Shown in pieces: positions 1 through 11,279 of a DNA stretch of 64,000 nucleotides; the stretch's first letter is position 1; each line of letters begins with the position of its first letter. The notes beneath the pieces are model-generated. The model did no database searches, was not told the DNA's origin, and saw only the letters and a program-made list of their open reading frames with translations. The position numbers and the translations under genes are program-made. The DNA is from Massalongia carnosa (lineage: Eukaryota): assembly GCA_965645245.1 (NCBI GenBank), contig OZ287075.1:2108001-2172000 (forward strand), in the 5' to 3' direction.

Positions 1-1083
1 ATGTTCAGGAGCAGTTGGGTTATTATTAGTATAACTACTATTATAACACTTTTCATGCTTGATCTTCGTAGAAAAAATTTGATTGATTTTTTGCGTGTAA
101 AAGTTGAAAAGACGAACTTTGCTTTCCGCCGAACTTTGCTTGCCCCGACTAGAGGCGAACGCCTCGAGTCGGCACGAGGTAAGCGAGAGACTAGCCGACG
201 ATTATTTATTTTTTCGTTGTAAATTTCAATGTTTGTTTATGCTTATAACTTGCAGAACGCTTTTACATACGTTTTGTTATTTGTTAAATCGATTTTCGAT
301 TTCTATGCGAAATAGAATCAGATTTTTTCACATGACTCTTGCAACGAATAGGAATTTCATGAAACTTCTTTACAAATTCTGTTTGAGTTCTTTCGAAGAA
401 ACAGCTTGTGTAGATATAAAAACAAGACGTCAAAACGTCGTGCTATCGCAGCCACGTTAATCAGCTGAAACGCTAATCCGAAGGAACTTAGCGAATAGGC
501 TAACCCGCAGACAAGAGGCTTTACTTATAAGTATGATAGTGGGGAGCAACCCGGTATTACATGTTAGGCTAGCGGACGCCACATGTATGGCATAAAAGTC
601 TCTTCTCGAGGCAAGGCCACTATTATTGAACCATCGCAAAAAGCTAACATTTAAAGGATTAGTAGCAGCAGCATCAGGTTCTGGTTCTTCCCACTTGAAC
701 TTGCAAAACCCCTAGCAGATGCGACCATCCTTAGTTAACCGGAAGAACTAATTAACTTCGCAGCTTGGGACAGACTTTGTGGAGGGCTTTCGTTCCCTAT
801 CCCGATGAGGAGGCTAACTACTCTCGGCCTCGTAATTGGTGGAAAATGATTTGCTACTCTGAAGACAGGGAACACATAAACATGAACCGAAGCATTTGTA
901 CATAGCTTGCGGAGATTGCTGTTGAGAGAAGAATAGGTGGCATGAACTTTCCCAACTGTTGTATTTCTATTCACAGAAGATACGACGTGTCATTTATAAT
1001 ACAACATATCTCTCTCCAACCTTGTTATGGAGCCTCCACGCCTTCCTTCTTCTAGTCCAACGGCATAGTTCTCGCCATAAAAT

Positions 1084-1611
1084 ATGCCGCCGTGTCTTTA
1101 CTTTGCGTATGGCCCCAACATCTGGGAACACCAAATGTCCCTTCACTGCCCTACGAGCACCTACCTCGCCGTCGCAAAACTTTCCGGGTGGCGTTGGATT
1201 ATCAACGCCCGGGGCTACGCCAACGTGGTGCCTGCCTACGGTAATTAAGTGTGGGGGTTAGTGTACTCGCTTGAAGCCACAGATGAAGCGAAACTAGATG
1301 TCGATAAGGGGGTGCCGTATGAGTATGAAAAGCTACCGCTGCCGGTAGAGGTCTGGTACGAAGTCGAAAGCGAGGGAGGGAAGGTGAAACAACTGGGAAA
1401 GAAACAGTGGGCATTGTGCTACGTGGATCGGCAAAGAATATTGGAAGGTGTGACGAGAGTGGAGTGTGTGCAAAGGATGAATATGGGAATTCGAGATGCG
1501 TTGGAAAGGGGGATGCCAACGCTTTATGTGGACAAGCACATTCGGCCGTTCATTCCAGAAAAACCTGGACACATCATCGGGAAAGAAGCTGAGTTGGAGC
1601 GAGGGTGCTAG
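1084..1611 (+). pseudogene. Gamma-glutamylcyclotransferase (GGCT/AIG2-like) pseudogene
   Basis: ATG 1084 reads MPPCLYFAYGPNIWEHQM...WRWIINARGYANVV; in-frame TAA at 1246-1248; then VWGLVYSL...KLDVDKGVPYEY. YFAYG and VWG.VY match GGCT motifs; the usual LDxxEG glutamate is K. Confidence 0.8.
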
Positions 1612-1890
1612 ATTACGACTCACAACTCGCTACTTGAATTTCTATGCTCGTTGCTTACAATGTCAATATAACATGAAATGTCGAGGAATCGGAAAAAGTG
1701 AACTGAGCGACCGATTGACATATTCATAACAATACAGACTGATATTCGCGTAACAATTTCATTCATCTTGCGAATATCTTGATAATCCTTACGGAAAAAA
1801 AAAGAGAACTCATTGTCGTGAGGTAAAGAGAGTCAAAGGTTATTGTCTCTGATAAAACATCTGTTGAAATAGATATATGACTATGACTAT

Positions 1891-4800
1891 GATGATGATG
1901 ATAAATTCTTACACCGATATGTCACCGGCCGAATGCCGGCCCATGCGGGCGTGGTTCTATATGACTATTGTACATAGGAAAACCTTTTAAGGAATAAAAA
2001 CCTAGTAACCAGTATTATCGCCTGCGGGATCCCCATGACCCCTCAGTGTACCTAATAACGTGTATCTGTGAGGTCCTTGAAAGAAAAAGGAAAAGAATGA
2101 AAGAAAAGGGGAAGAAGTCAAACATTTCAAATGCTCTGTCGACGGGAATTATCCGTACAGCATGCTGTCAGCTTTTTCAATTTTGCGGAGTTTTCATTTA
2201 TCGTGCGATAATTGTTAGTTTTCACTTGATTAAATAATTCATTTCTTCCGTCTATCAGCTGACAGTGCATGATGACGTGTTTGGCCGTCTGCCTTGGCCA
2301 TCCACATATACACGCCGGTGAGTTTACATTGGGTACCCTTCGATTGAAAAGAAAGTTTGCCAGCCCGATTTTCTCCGTGCGAATTTGCGTTGCTAGTGAA
2401 CTCTCCACTTTTGCCAAATTGCTGTGAATTTTTAATCTCTTTTTGTCAAGCGAAGCTTGTTGAGCCTCGGTGGGGAGTGGAATGCGATTTTGATAAGTCG
2501 CCCATGTTGACTTCCATATTTTCATATGATGCTCCATGAGCCGCGTATGATGTGCCCGTTGGGCCGTTCGCGCTTCACTCAGCTCCTTGAGATATTCTGG
2601 ACTGGCCTCGTACCACGGGGGCGCGGAAGGCGGTAATCTGACGGCGGCCTCTCCATTTAACATTGCCTTGGCCCATGTGTGTTTCAGTTCTCCGGGTGTT
2701 GGCGGCGGAGTTCTTCTTCGACCTGCTCTTTCCCGTAGCTTATTAGCTATTATCTTGCATGCGGAGTTAGCGAGTGCTTTTTGCCCCGTGATTCGTAGTC
2801 GATATCTGGCTTTAGCCTGCAGTTGATCCAAATACACATCTATTGGGGCTATGTGTGTTTCTGCCTCCAGCACCGGTATCGGGGTAGCCTTGAACGCTCC
2901 GGCGACTGTGCGTAGGCATCTGTTCTGAATGACCGCCAATTTGGACGTTATGGATTTATTTCTATTTACGTCTTTCGGGGTGTGCCAGACGATTGAACCA
3001 TATGTCATGGCCGGCCGCACCACCGCCGTGTATACTTGCCTGGCCCTAGTGAACGAAGCTCCCTAGGCAGACGTGGAAATTTTTGTTAAGGCCATGCTCT
3101 GCTCGACCATCTTCTCCTGCGTTTTCCGTATGTGAGCACCCCACTTAAGTTTGGTATCTATTTGAAGACCGAGTATTCTTATATCCGCTTTTGGTTTGAT
3201 TAGGCTGTTTTCTATATTAATAGTAGCCGTCATATCAAATTTCTTTGGATTTCTAGATAAATGAATAAGCTCGTACTTAGTCGGAGCAAATGAGGACCCG
3301 TGCCGTAGAGCCCATCTTTCACATTCTCTGTGAATTCTTTCTAGCGTTCTGCAATTTTCTTGCATGCTTTTCCCATATGCTAGTACATTGACGTCATCGA
3401 CGAATCCGAGTCCGCTCGTTTTCGTGCCGGGCCTGTTACATATGTCTAGTAAATCCGCATTGTAGAACAAATACAGAATGGGAGAGACGGGTGAACCTTG
3501 CGGAATTCCGGTTCTCGCATCAAACTCGTCGGTGGTTCGTCGGTTGATCGTAAGAGTGGTCCTTCTGTTTTTCAAAAAGCATTCTATCCAGTTGGTGACC
3601 CACTGTGGAATTTTCTTCGAAGATTGTGGATCAGTCTTTGATGCGAAACCGTGTCGTACGCGCCGGCCACGTCCATGCTGAGCAGCGTGGCAACTTTATC
3701 ATTACCTTGACCCCACACTGTGTGAATCTGTTCGGTTAACAACTCCAGTGCTGACTCGGTGGACCTTTCCCATCTGGCTCCCATCTGGGTGCCTGGTAGT
3801 AACTCGTGCTTTTCGGCCATATGAGTGATCTTGCTTGCCATGATGGCTTCCATCACCTTGCCTAGCGTATTCAGCAGTGCTATCGGGCGATAGGCCTTCG
3901 GCGTTTCGTAATTGTCTTTGCCCGCCTTTTTCAGCGTTATCGTGTGCGCTGTTCTGAATGCTCGAGGTTGATATCCCAGATTTACGCACGCCTGAAATAG
4001 AGGAGTTAACAACTCGGTCAGCGTCTCAGAGCACGCTTTGAGAACTCTGTTGGGTATACCATCCGGTCCAGGAGCCGTGTCGGGTTTGAGGCGTAGAATG
4101 TTCGTGAGCACCTCTTTCTTCGTTATGACTGTTGGGCACTCCGAGGCTGCCGGATAGACCGACCCGGGTATGTCCTGTAGATCCGCCGGAGGCGGAGCAG
4201 GAAAGAAGATGCCTTTCAGCATTTCAGCCTTCTCTTCGAAGGTGTTTGCACTGTGATTGTTGAAAGTCAGTGTTGGCATTTTTGGTGTTTCGCGCGCCTT
4301 GTGACTCTTGTCCTTTGCCCATTGCGCCAGCCGCCATATGCCCTGAGATGATTCAGACGCTTTACTGATCTCGTTTCGGAATGACAATGTTTTGGCTTTC
4401 TTGATTATCTTTTGCTTTTTGTCATTCGATTTCATGTACGTTTTCCAGTCATTGAGATTTCGAGAGGCTGTCCAAAATTTTCGAATTCTGCGTGTTTCTC
4501 TCATGGCGTTGTTGCAATCCTCGTTCCAGAATGGTTTTGCATAAGCACTAACTAGGCCTTGCCCATGGAACGGCCGCAGATATTATTTCATGTAAGAACT
4601 TTTGTATTTTATCCGTCTGTCGATCAATCTCCTGCACTGTGCGAGGAAGTGTTATCGGGGGAGCGTTGCATTCTGCTGTTCTCAACTTTTCCATGTTCAG
4701 CAGCTTCCAGGCTCTGCGTTTTGTCTGTGTTAGCGTCTCACTTTCCAAAGAGATGCGGGAGGATATCGGAATGTGATCGGATGACTGATTGAGTTCTGGT

Positions 4801-5910
4801 CTTGAAATGCAGTAAAGTAGCCTCTCTGTTAGGAATTCTGACATGAAAACCAAATCGATGGTGCTGAATGAGTTCCAGGCTTCCCATGTGACGGTTCCAT
4901 TGGGCAGGGTTAGCGACAGATTGGCTTCATCGACTATATCTAGCAGCTGATCTGCGGCTGCGTGTTGCGTGGGTCTGGTGGCTCCATTCCAGAAAGGATG
5001 GTGTAGATTAAAATCCCCGAGTAAAATGTGATGAGCGTCGACGGAGAGCTGGCGTTGAGCATCTGGGAGGGTGGAGGGGCTGTCTCTTGAAGAATATGAG
5101 GTGGGTGATGGATTATAGACGTTGTAAATGTGTATTTCCTTGTGGCTTCCGTCATTCTCGCGGGGGTGCAATATCAATGTGCATATGTCAGCGGTTGGAA
5201 ATTCTACTTTCCAGCTTTCCGGATCTATTTTATCGGTGATGTAGAAGCACACTCTCGTGTCACCTCCTGGCCGATAGAGTAGATGAAAGCCGTTTTGATG
5301 CGGGCTGAGCGTAGTCGCAGCGTGGGGGTTGCGCCACGGCTCCTGGATTGCTATGATGTCGTAGTCCTGTATATTTGAATCCGCTAGCAATGGTATCATA
5401 GTACTTACGCGATCATTTCTGACATTGTACTGTAGGATGCTAATTGATTTTTTGTCCTTCATAAAGCTTCATCCATGTCTCTCGAGGGAGTCGTTTTCGA
5501 TTGGGTAGGGATTTGTACTTCCAAGTGGGCCCCTTGCGGAGCGGTCGCGGTGGGATGGTGGGTGGGGGGCGGAGCGGTTAGGGTGACTGCTGGTTTGGAT
5601 GGGAGAGGGATGGGAGGAGATAGGGTAGTAGGGGGGCAGGGGGCACTATTGACAGTGTGTTGGGGGGTCTACCAGAGTGGGCTTCGCCATCGCCCTTATT
5701 CTGTTTGTCGGGTTCATGATCTCGATGTCCTTCCATGTGATTCCGGTCTCGGCACCTGGTAGGCTCCTCGGCTGATTCGCCTGTGTGGCGGATTGGGTTA
5801 TTGTGCGCGATATTTCCTTTTTTTCCCATTAATAAGACTCCATGTGGTAGGTAAGTCTTCCGTCCGTAAGTCTAGGTCTACCGTTGTAGTCCCTGCCTCT
5901 GAGATTCATT
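1891..5910 (-). mobile_element. Tad1-like LINE, 5'-truncated and degenerate (LINE-A)
   Basis: (ATC)n tail at ~1889-1902; ORF2 with APE and RT; C-terminal ORF1 remnant at ~5460-5910; 5' junction with copia sequence is approximate. Confidence 0.88.
2127..5462 (-). pseudogene. LINE ORF2 (APE endonuclease, reverse transcriptase, C-terminal zinc finger), disrupted
   Basis: IAIQEPW, LLGDFNLHH, SDHIPI, YRPIALLN, GIPQGSP, FVDD, CICG...HVIMHC; split over ORFs 4548-5462, 3584-4504, 3063-3575 and 2127-3023 by stops and a frameshift; no RNase H domain seen. Confidence 0.9.
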
Positions 5911-5914
5911 TCTG

Positions 5915-8523
5915 AATAGACTGCCTTCTTTCATAGGGGTTCTGGCTAATAGAACAAGTGGGTCCTCTGCATGTCTGTCTTCAGATGTATGGACATGGTC
6001 TGGTTCAACTAAAGCTTTGTCGGAGAGCAGAGACAATATGTGCTTCACATGAGTATGTTTTCTGGGTCTACCTCGTCCACGTTTAGGAGTTGAAGTGGGA
6101 GGTGAAATGACAACTGGTTCTGATAGGATGTTTGTATCGGGTGCCATGATGGCATCATACGTAGGAACGTTGGTCTGGTCTTTGGAGATGGCGACCTCAT
6201 GAATGCGCAGATCTTTGACCCTGATGACCCTGTAGTCCTTTTCCAAGAAAACCCGATAAATAGTGCATCTGTCATATCCACATAGAATGCCACGCTGGGC
6301 CCGAGGTGAGAATTTGACCGATTTGCTATTTGCTCCTACTCGTTCTTCTCTATGAACGAGAACATATACAGTAGATCCCAAAACTCCAGATGATCTAAAG
6401 AAAGTGGCTTTGACTCATAAATTTCAAAGGGACTCTTTCCAGATAAAGCGTTTGTAGGTCTGACGTTCTTGGTATGAACCATAGCTAGAACTACCTCTGT
6501 CCATAAATAGTCCGGAATGCCTCCTTCGATGATGGTACACCTGGTCATGTCCATGATGGTCCTGCCTGTTCTTTCGGACACTCCGTTCTGTTCCTATGAA
6601 TGTGGTGCAGAGGGTTCAAACGTTATCGCTTCCTTCAGAAACCAGTCGTCCGATTTCAGACTTCGGAGTTCGGTGCCATAGTCGGTGCGAAAGATGCTCA
6701 TTGATTTGCTCTTTCCTGTCTTGTTCTGAGCCAGGCTGTAATATGTTGACAGATGATCGAACCACTCGCTCTTCTTGATGCCGGTGTGTGTATCTGCTGG
6801 CGTCACAGGTGAAGGTGAAGAAGTAGATTTCCTCGAGAAGTCACGCCGGTTTGATGGGTCCGACCAGGTCTGAATGAAACTTTTGAAAGATGCCTGTAGC
6901 TCTCTCCTGAGGTGTTCTGTTGTATATCTTTGTAGCCTTTCCGAGTTCACAGGATGGACAGTACCAATCCTTGCTGACATTGACCGAGTAAGGTACATCG
7001 AGTCGCTTTAGATAAGTGCGACAAGCAGTTATGTTCAGATGACCAAGACGTGCATGCCATGTTGTCAAGTCCGCTCTGTTAGATGTATGATAAACAGCGG
7101 TCTTGGGCCATTGAAAAGTTTGATCGTCTATCTGTGTGAGACGTACAGCCACTTCTGGGGTATCCAAGATCTTCACTATAAAGTTGGTGTTGACACTTTG
7201 GACATACCCTATGACCCTTCCACTGGATTGGAGGAATAGGGTCCAGTTCAGATTATCATAGTAGATGTCATGACGATTGAGTAGTGCTAGGCTGATAAGG
7301 TTCACTGGACACTGTGGAATGAGCAGTACGTTGTGTAAGATTAACGCTGACGAGGGTGAGTCGTCCTGTAGTGCCAACGTTCTCTCGATAAATCCCCTCC
7401 CTGGAGACATTCCTTCCGAAGTAGATCCCGCCAGATCTGTTGGACGTACTACGTAATCAATCAAAGATGATCTGTGATTACATACGTGCATGTCTGCGGC
7501 GCTGTCAAGGAGCCAGGTGTCTCGGTCTAAGTTTGTCATGGCCATGACCTTCTGTAGTACTGTGGTCGTGACCAGTGTGAGTCAACTGTTCAGTGCAGGG
7601 TGTTCTGTGGCCGAGGATTCTGGAACAGCCGTTGTTTCTGGCTTGGAGGACTTGGCCCTTTTGGTCCTCCATGAATCAGCTACGTCTCTCGCTCTCCTCA
7701 GATGAGGAAACTTCTGAAAGCACTCATTTGGCCAGTGGCGAGTCCTATTCCTTGTTACGCACTCTGGAACAGTACAACTTCCTATAGGTGCTCTGCCTCT
7801 GTTGGATGAAGTGCTAGTGCTAGTGTGAAGGGCCTTGACGTCTGTGTTGTTGCCTGCATATGCAATGAGGGTCTTTGTGGTTTCTGAGAGACTTGTGGTG
7901 TCGTGTGTCCAGTCCCTGCGGAGTTTTGCAATGAGTGGATCATACTTGTCTGTAGTGTTACCAAGTAGCATGCCCTGTAGCACAAACTCTATGGAGGCTA
8001 TGTTCACCTTGGCTCCGTCGACCAACATGCTCTTGATCTGATTGAAAGCACCGTCATACTATGCACAGTATTGACCTACGGTTTCAAAATTTCTCATCCT
8101 TTTTGCACTGACCCTCAAGATGACATCCGTGATGCTCATTGGTGCTACGTCCTGGAATCTAGTCTTCAGGGTTGCCCACATCTCGGCAGCAGTTTTGTTG
8201 TTGATGAGGTTGAAATGGCATGGCGCAACCAGTCCGTGTATGATTCCAATAGCCTTAGTCATCGCAGTCTTCTGTCTGATCATGTCATCCCGAAGTTCTT
8301 TGACAAGGATCCTGGTAGTAAGACTGGCTTGAGTGAAGCCTGAGTCGATGAGGCTCTGTCGGATGGAATCAAGTGTAATATCTGGTTGGGTCTCCAATAT
8401 GGCTGTATCGCAGTTGTTCTTCAGCAGAACTCCTCTGGTGTAGCTAGCCCATGCCGAATAGTGCTCTGCCTTCTCTAGAAGATAGGACTACTCTGTGGAA
8501 CTGATGGCATTTGGGAGAGACAT
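5915..8523 (-). pseudogene. Copia gag-protease-integrase polyprotein, disrupted
   Basis: ATG 8523 MSLPNAISS; WLLDSAADMHVC (protease), WHARLGH...CPSC (integrase zinc site), HSDLVGP, RTDYGTE, QNGVSER; several in-frame stops; truncated before RT. Confidence 0.88.
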
Positions 8524-8929
8524 GATGAAAAGAGGTGTCTAAGTAAACTTCTGTGATTTTTGATAAATATCTAAGTTTCTGAGGTAAACACGGAAGTAGG
8601 ATGTACACTGGAATGAATGGAGAAGATGGGGATATGTGGTCATTATACAGACAAACGATCCCTCTCTGCGACATCAAACTGTGTTGTTCCTTATTTGCCA
8701 CAACGCTTTTACCCTCATGAAAAACTTTCACTCAATGGTGGAATTTTCACTTGGTGGTGTGAAGATAGGGGCGTTCTGAACCATAGCTCTACCGATCTAT
8801 TTAACAGGCCGGGCCTGTTAAATGGAATAAGGTTTTTTCGAGGTCTGTAACTACCAATACCGAGACTTTTGAGGCGTTCTGCTTATTGAAAGTCTGATTT
8901 CTTCATGGAACTGAAATTTCCGAGGCCTG

Positions 8930-9572
8930 TCTCTGGGTCAAGATAGGTGATACAGCAGAAATCAGACCTTGAAAGATAGTTCAGATGGTCTGCCTCTGGG
9001 TCAAGTTAGTTGAGTGGTGATGCAACAAAAGTCAGACTGAGATCTGCCTCTAGGTCAACGTCAGTCAAATGATGATGCAGCAAGAATCAGAGTTTTTTGA
9101 AGTGATCTGTTCTTGGGTCAAGTAAGTTGAGTGGTGATGCAACAAAATTCAGACTGAGATCTGCCTCTGGGTCAACGTCAGTCAAATGATGATGCAGCAC
9201 GAATCAGAGTTTAGAATTGATCTGTTCTTGGATCAAAGTAAGTTGAGTGGTGATGCAACAAAAGTCAGACTGAGATCTGCCTCTGGGTCAACGTCAGTCA
9301 AATGATGATGCAGCAAGAATCAGAGTTTAGAAGTGATCTGTTCTTGGGTCAAAGTAAGGTGATTGATGATGCAGCAAAAGTCAGACTGACATCTGCTTCT
9401 GGGTCAAAGTAAGGTGGATGGTGATGCAGCAAAAGTCAGACTGAAATCTGCTTCTGGGTTAAAGTAAGGTAGATGGTGATGCAGCAAAAGTCAGACTGAA
9501 ATCTGCTTCTGGGTCAAAGTAAGGTGGATGGTGATGCAACAAAAGTCAGACTGAAATCTGCTTCTGGGTCAA
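8930..9572. repeat. Tandem array of ~12 units of 54-63 bp in the copia 5' leader
   Basis: GGGTCAA-type anchors at 8935, 8998, 9052, 9115, 9169, 9230, 9285, 9346, 9401, 9456, 9511, 9566; shared TGATGCA and TCAGA cores. Confidence 0.9.
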
Positions 9573-9687
9573 CATCATCATCTGAATTGTCTTCGAACCT
9601 TCGGGCAAGAAGCCTGTCGAGTGATCAAGGTCTTTGAAAGGGTGCCTCTGATGCATGTAGTCTGGCAAAAGGTCTTTTGAGAATTTT

Positions 9688-9813
9688 GCCTATGGGGCAC
9701 GAAGGCAAGCAGGACTTTGTAGTTCGCCTATGGGGCACGTAGGCCAGCAGAACTTTGGAGTTCGCCTATGGGGCACGTAGGCCAGCAGAACTTTGTACTT
9801 TGCCTATGGGCAC
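9688..9813. repeat. Tandem repeat of ~38 bp x 3-4 (GCCTATGGGGCACGTAGGCCAGCAGAACTTTG)
   Basis: GCCTATGGG(G)CAC recurs at about 9688, 9726, 9764 and 9802. Confidence 0.85.
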
Positions 9814-9966
9814 TGTGGGCAATCGTCTCTGTCTCTCGTACACATGAAGATTTAGTATGTCTCGTTCATAGAACTTTTGACGAGAGAGATCGATGCTTAG
9901 CTGTTTTAGCATTGAATGCAGCGGATAGGTCTGCTTCGATTCCTGTGTGATCGATAGCGCCCTTCC

Positions 9967-9978
9967 GGGCTCATAACC
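9967..9978 (-). promoter_or_regulatory. Primer-binding site GGTTATGAGCCC (complement of the tRNAi-Met anticodon arm)
   Basis: Directly abuts the 5' LTR; the same 12-mer follows the second copia LTR at 54734. Confidence 0.85.
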
Positions 9979-10230
9979 TGTTGAAATAGGTATATGACTA
10001 TGACTATATGGCTATGTAATAAATGACAATGTGTATGACCCTGATTTATAAGGTGAAGAGTTGCTATGGAGCAGTCTTCTCCTTTTAAGTAGTCACCCTC
10101 TACTAAGCGAAGTGATAATAGTTTATCCGAGCCTAGGTTGCTTAAGACACCGCTAAAGGTCTTAAGTAACCGATACGGTTAGACTGGAACTGATCTAATC
10201 TAAATCTGTAGAAGTTGAAAACATTCAACA
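9979..10230 (-). repeat. 5' LTR of copia 1 (252 bp)
   Basis: TGTTG...CAACA ends, adjacent PBS and TSD. Confidence 0.9.
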
Positions 10231-11279
10231 ACATCATGAGGATATCACTACAGCAATTTGAAGTGATACTGAGAATTCTGTGAAAGATCCTCAATTTCGA
10301 CACTTTGGAGTCGCTATAGATCGCGTGAAACAGAAATTGCGCGATCGCTATTATGGTAGGTCGAATTTAAACGAATTTCATAGCAGTATGAATTATCTTT
10401 ACAAAATCAACGTTTCAGTAAAATGATGCGATTACTTGTTCGGCAAATTACTGAGATGACCCCCAAATAACCCCCCTTCTTGCCTGGGGGTTATTTGGGG
10501 GTCAATTACCGTAATATACACGTAATTTTGCTTCTGGCGCTGTCACGATGACCCCCAAGAACTGTAATTAATTGAAAGAGGTCATTTGAGGTGTTGAATA
10601 GGTCTATGACTATGGCTATATGACTATGTAAAGATAGGGGCCTGTATGACCATGATGTTAAGGATGCAGAGTTGCTACGGAGTGCAGAGCAATCTGTTCC
10701 TTTTATGTTGGTCACCTCCGCTAAGCCATAATTATCGCCCGTGACACTTAGCGGCGTTTAAAATCCTAAATCCCGCGATTTTTTCTTGTCTCGCCAAATA
10801 GCCTTAGTAACCCGAAGTTGTAGTCTCGCGCAGCGAGAAAAATTTTTAATTTTGAAGCAATTTAAGCCGTCAAATAGAGCATCCTTCAAGGAGTAGACCC
10901 GTGCCTGAATTGTCTGATTTGATGTGCTGTGAAGTGTAGGATCGCCGTGCAAAACCGACGCCCTGCTTGGCCCTGGTCGTTGCGAAAGTCGACATTTGCG
11001 CTTCGCAATCGAACCACAAAGGGGTTTTGCTAGAATTTTGAAACTGGGTTTGCTGAAAAGAGCTTCTTCTGAATAGAAGAAACATCTTACCCCGAGTAGT
11101 GTTAACGCAGCGCTGATGGCGCGATACGTGGTGCAGTTGCACGCCTCGTCACAAGATATCCCAGTCACAGGAACGAGGAGGTACTTACGGGCACATTACG
11201 AGTGATCGCTTTTTAGTAGAAACGGTGTTACAGGCCTCCATAGCTAGTACTCGTAGAGAGAAAGAGAGGTACCATTGGC

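Larger units (their letters stand above)
1862..10230 (-). mobile_element. Ty1/copia LTR retrotransposon, degenerate; RT/RNase H region and most of the 3' LTR replaced by a LINE
   Basis: TSD ACATC at 1857-1861 and 10231-10235; complete LTR 9979-10230 (TGTTG...CAACA); only ~29 bp of the other LTR at 1862-1890; PBS at 9967-9978; gag-protease-integrase order. Confidence 0.9.

Noticed and set aside
1..1000. Short ORFs at the window start
   Set aside because: No recognisable motif in any frame; probably degenerate sequence.
8930..9572. CRISPR-like array
   Set aside because: Intervening segments are themselves repeated rather than unique spacers; no cas genes; eukaryotic retroelement context.
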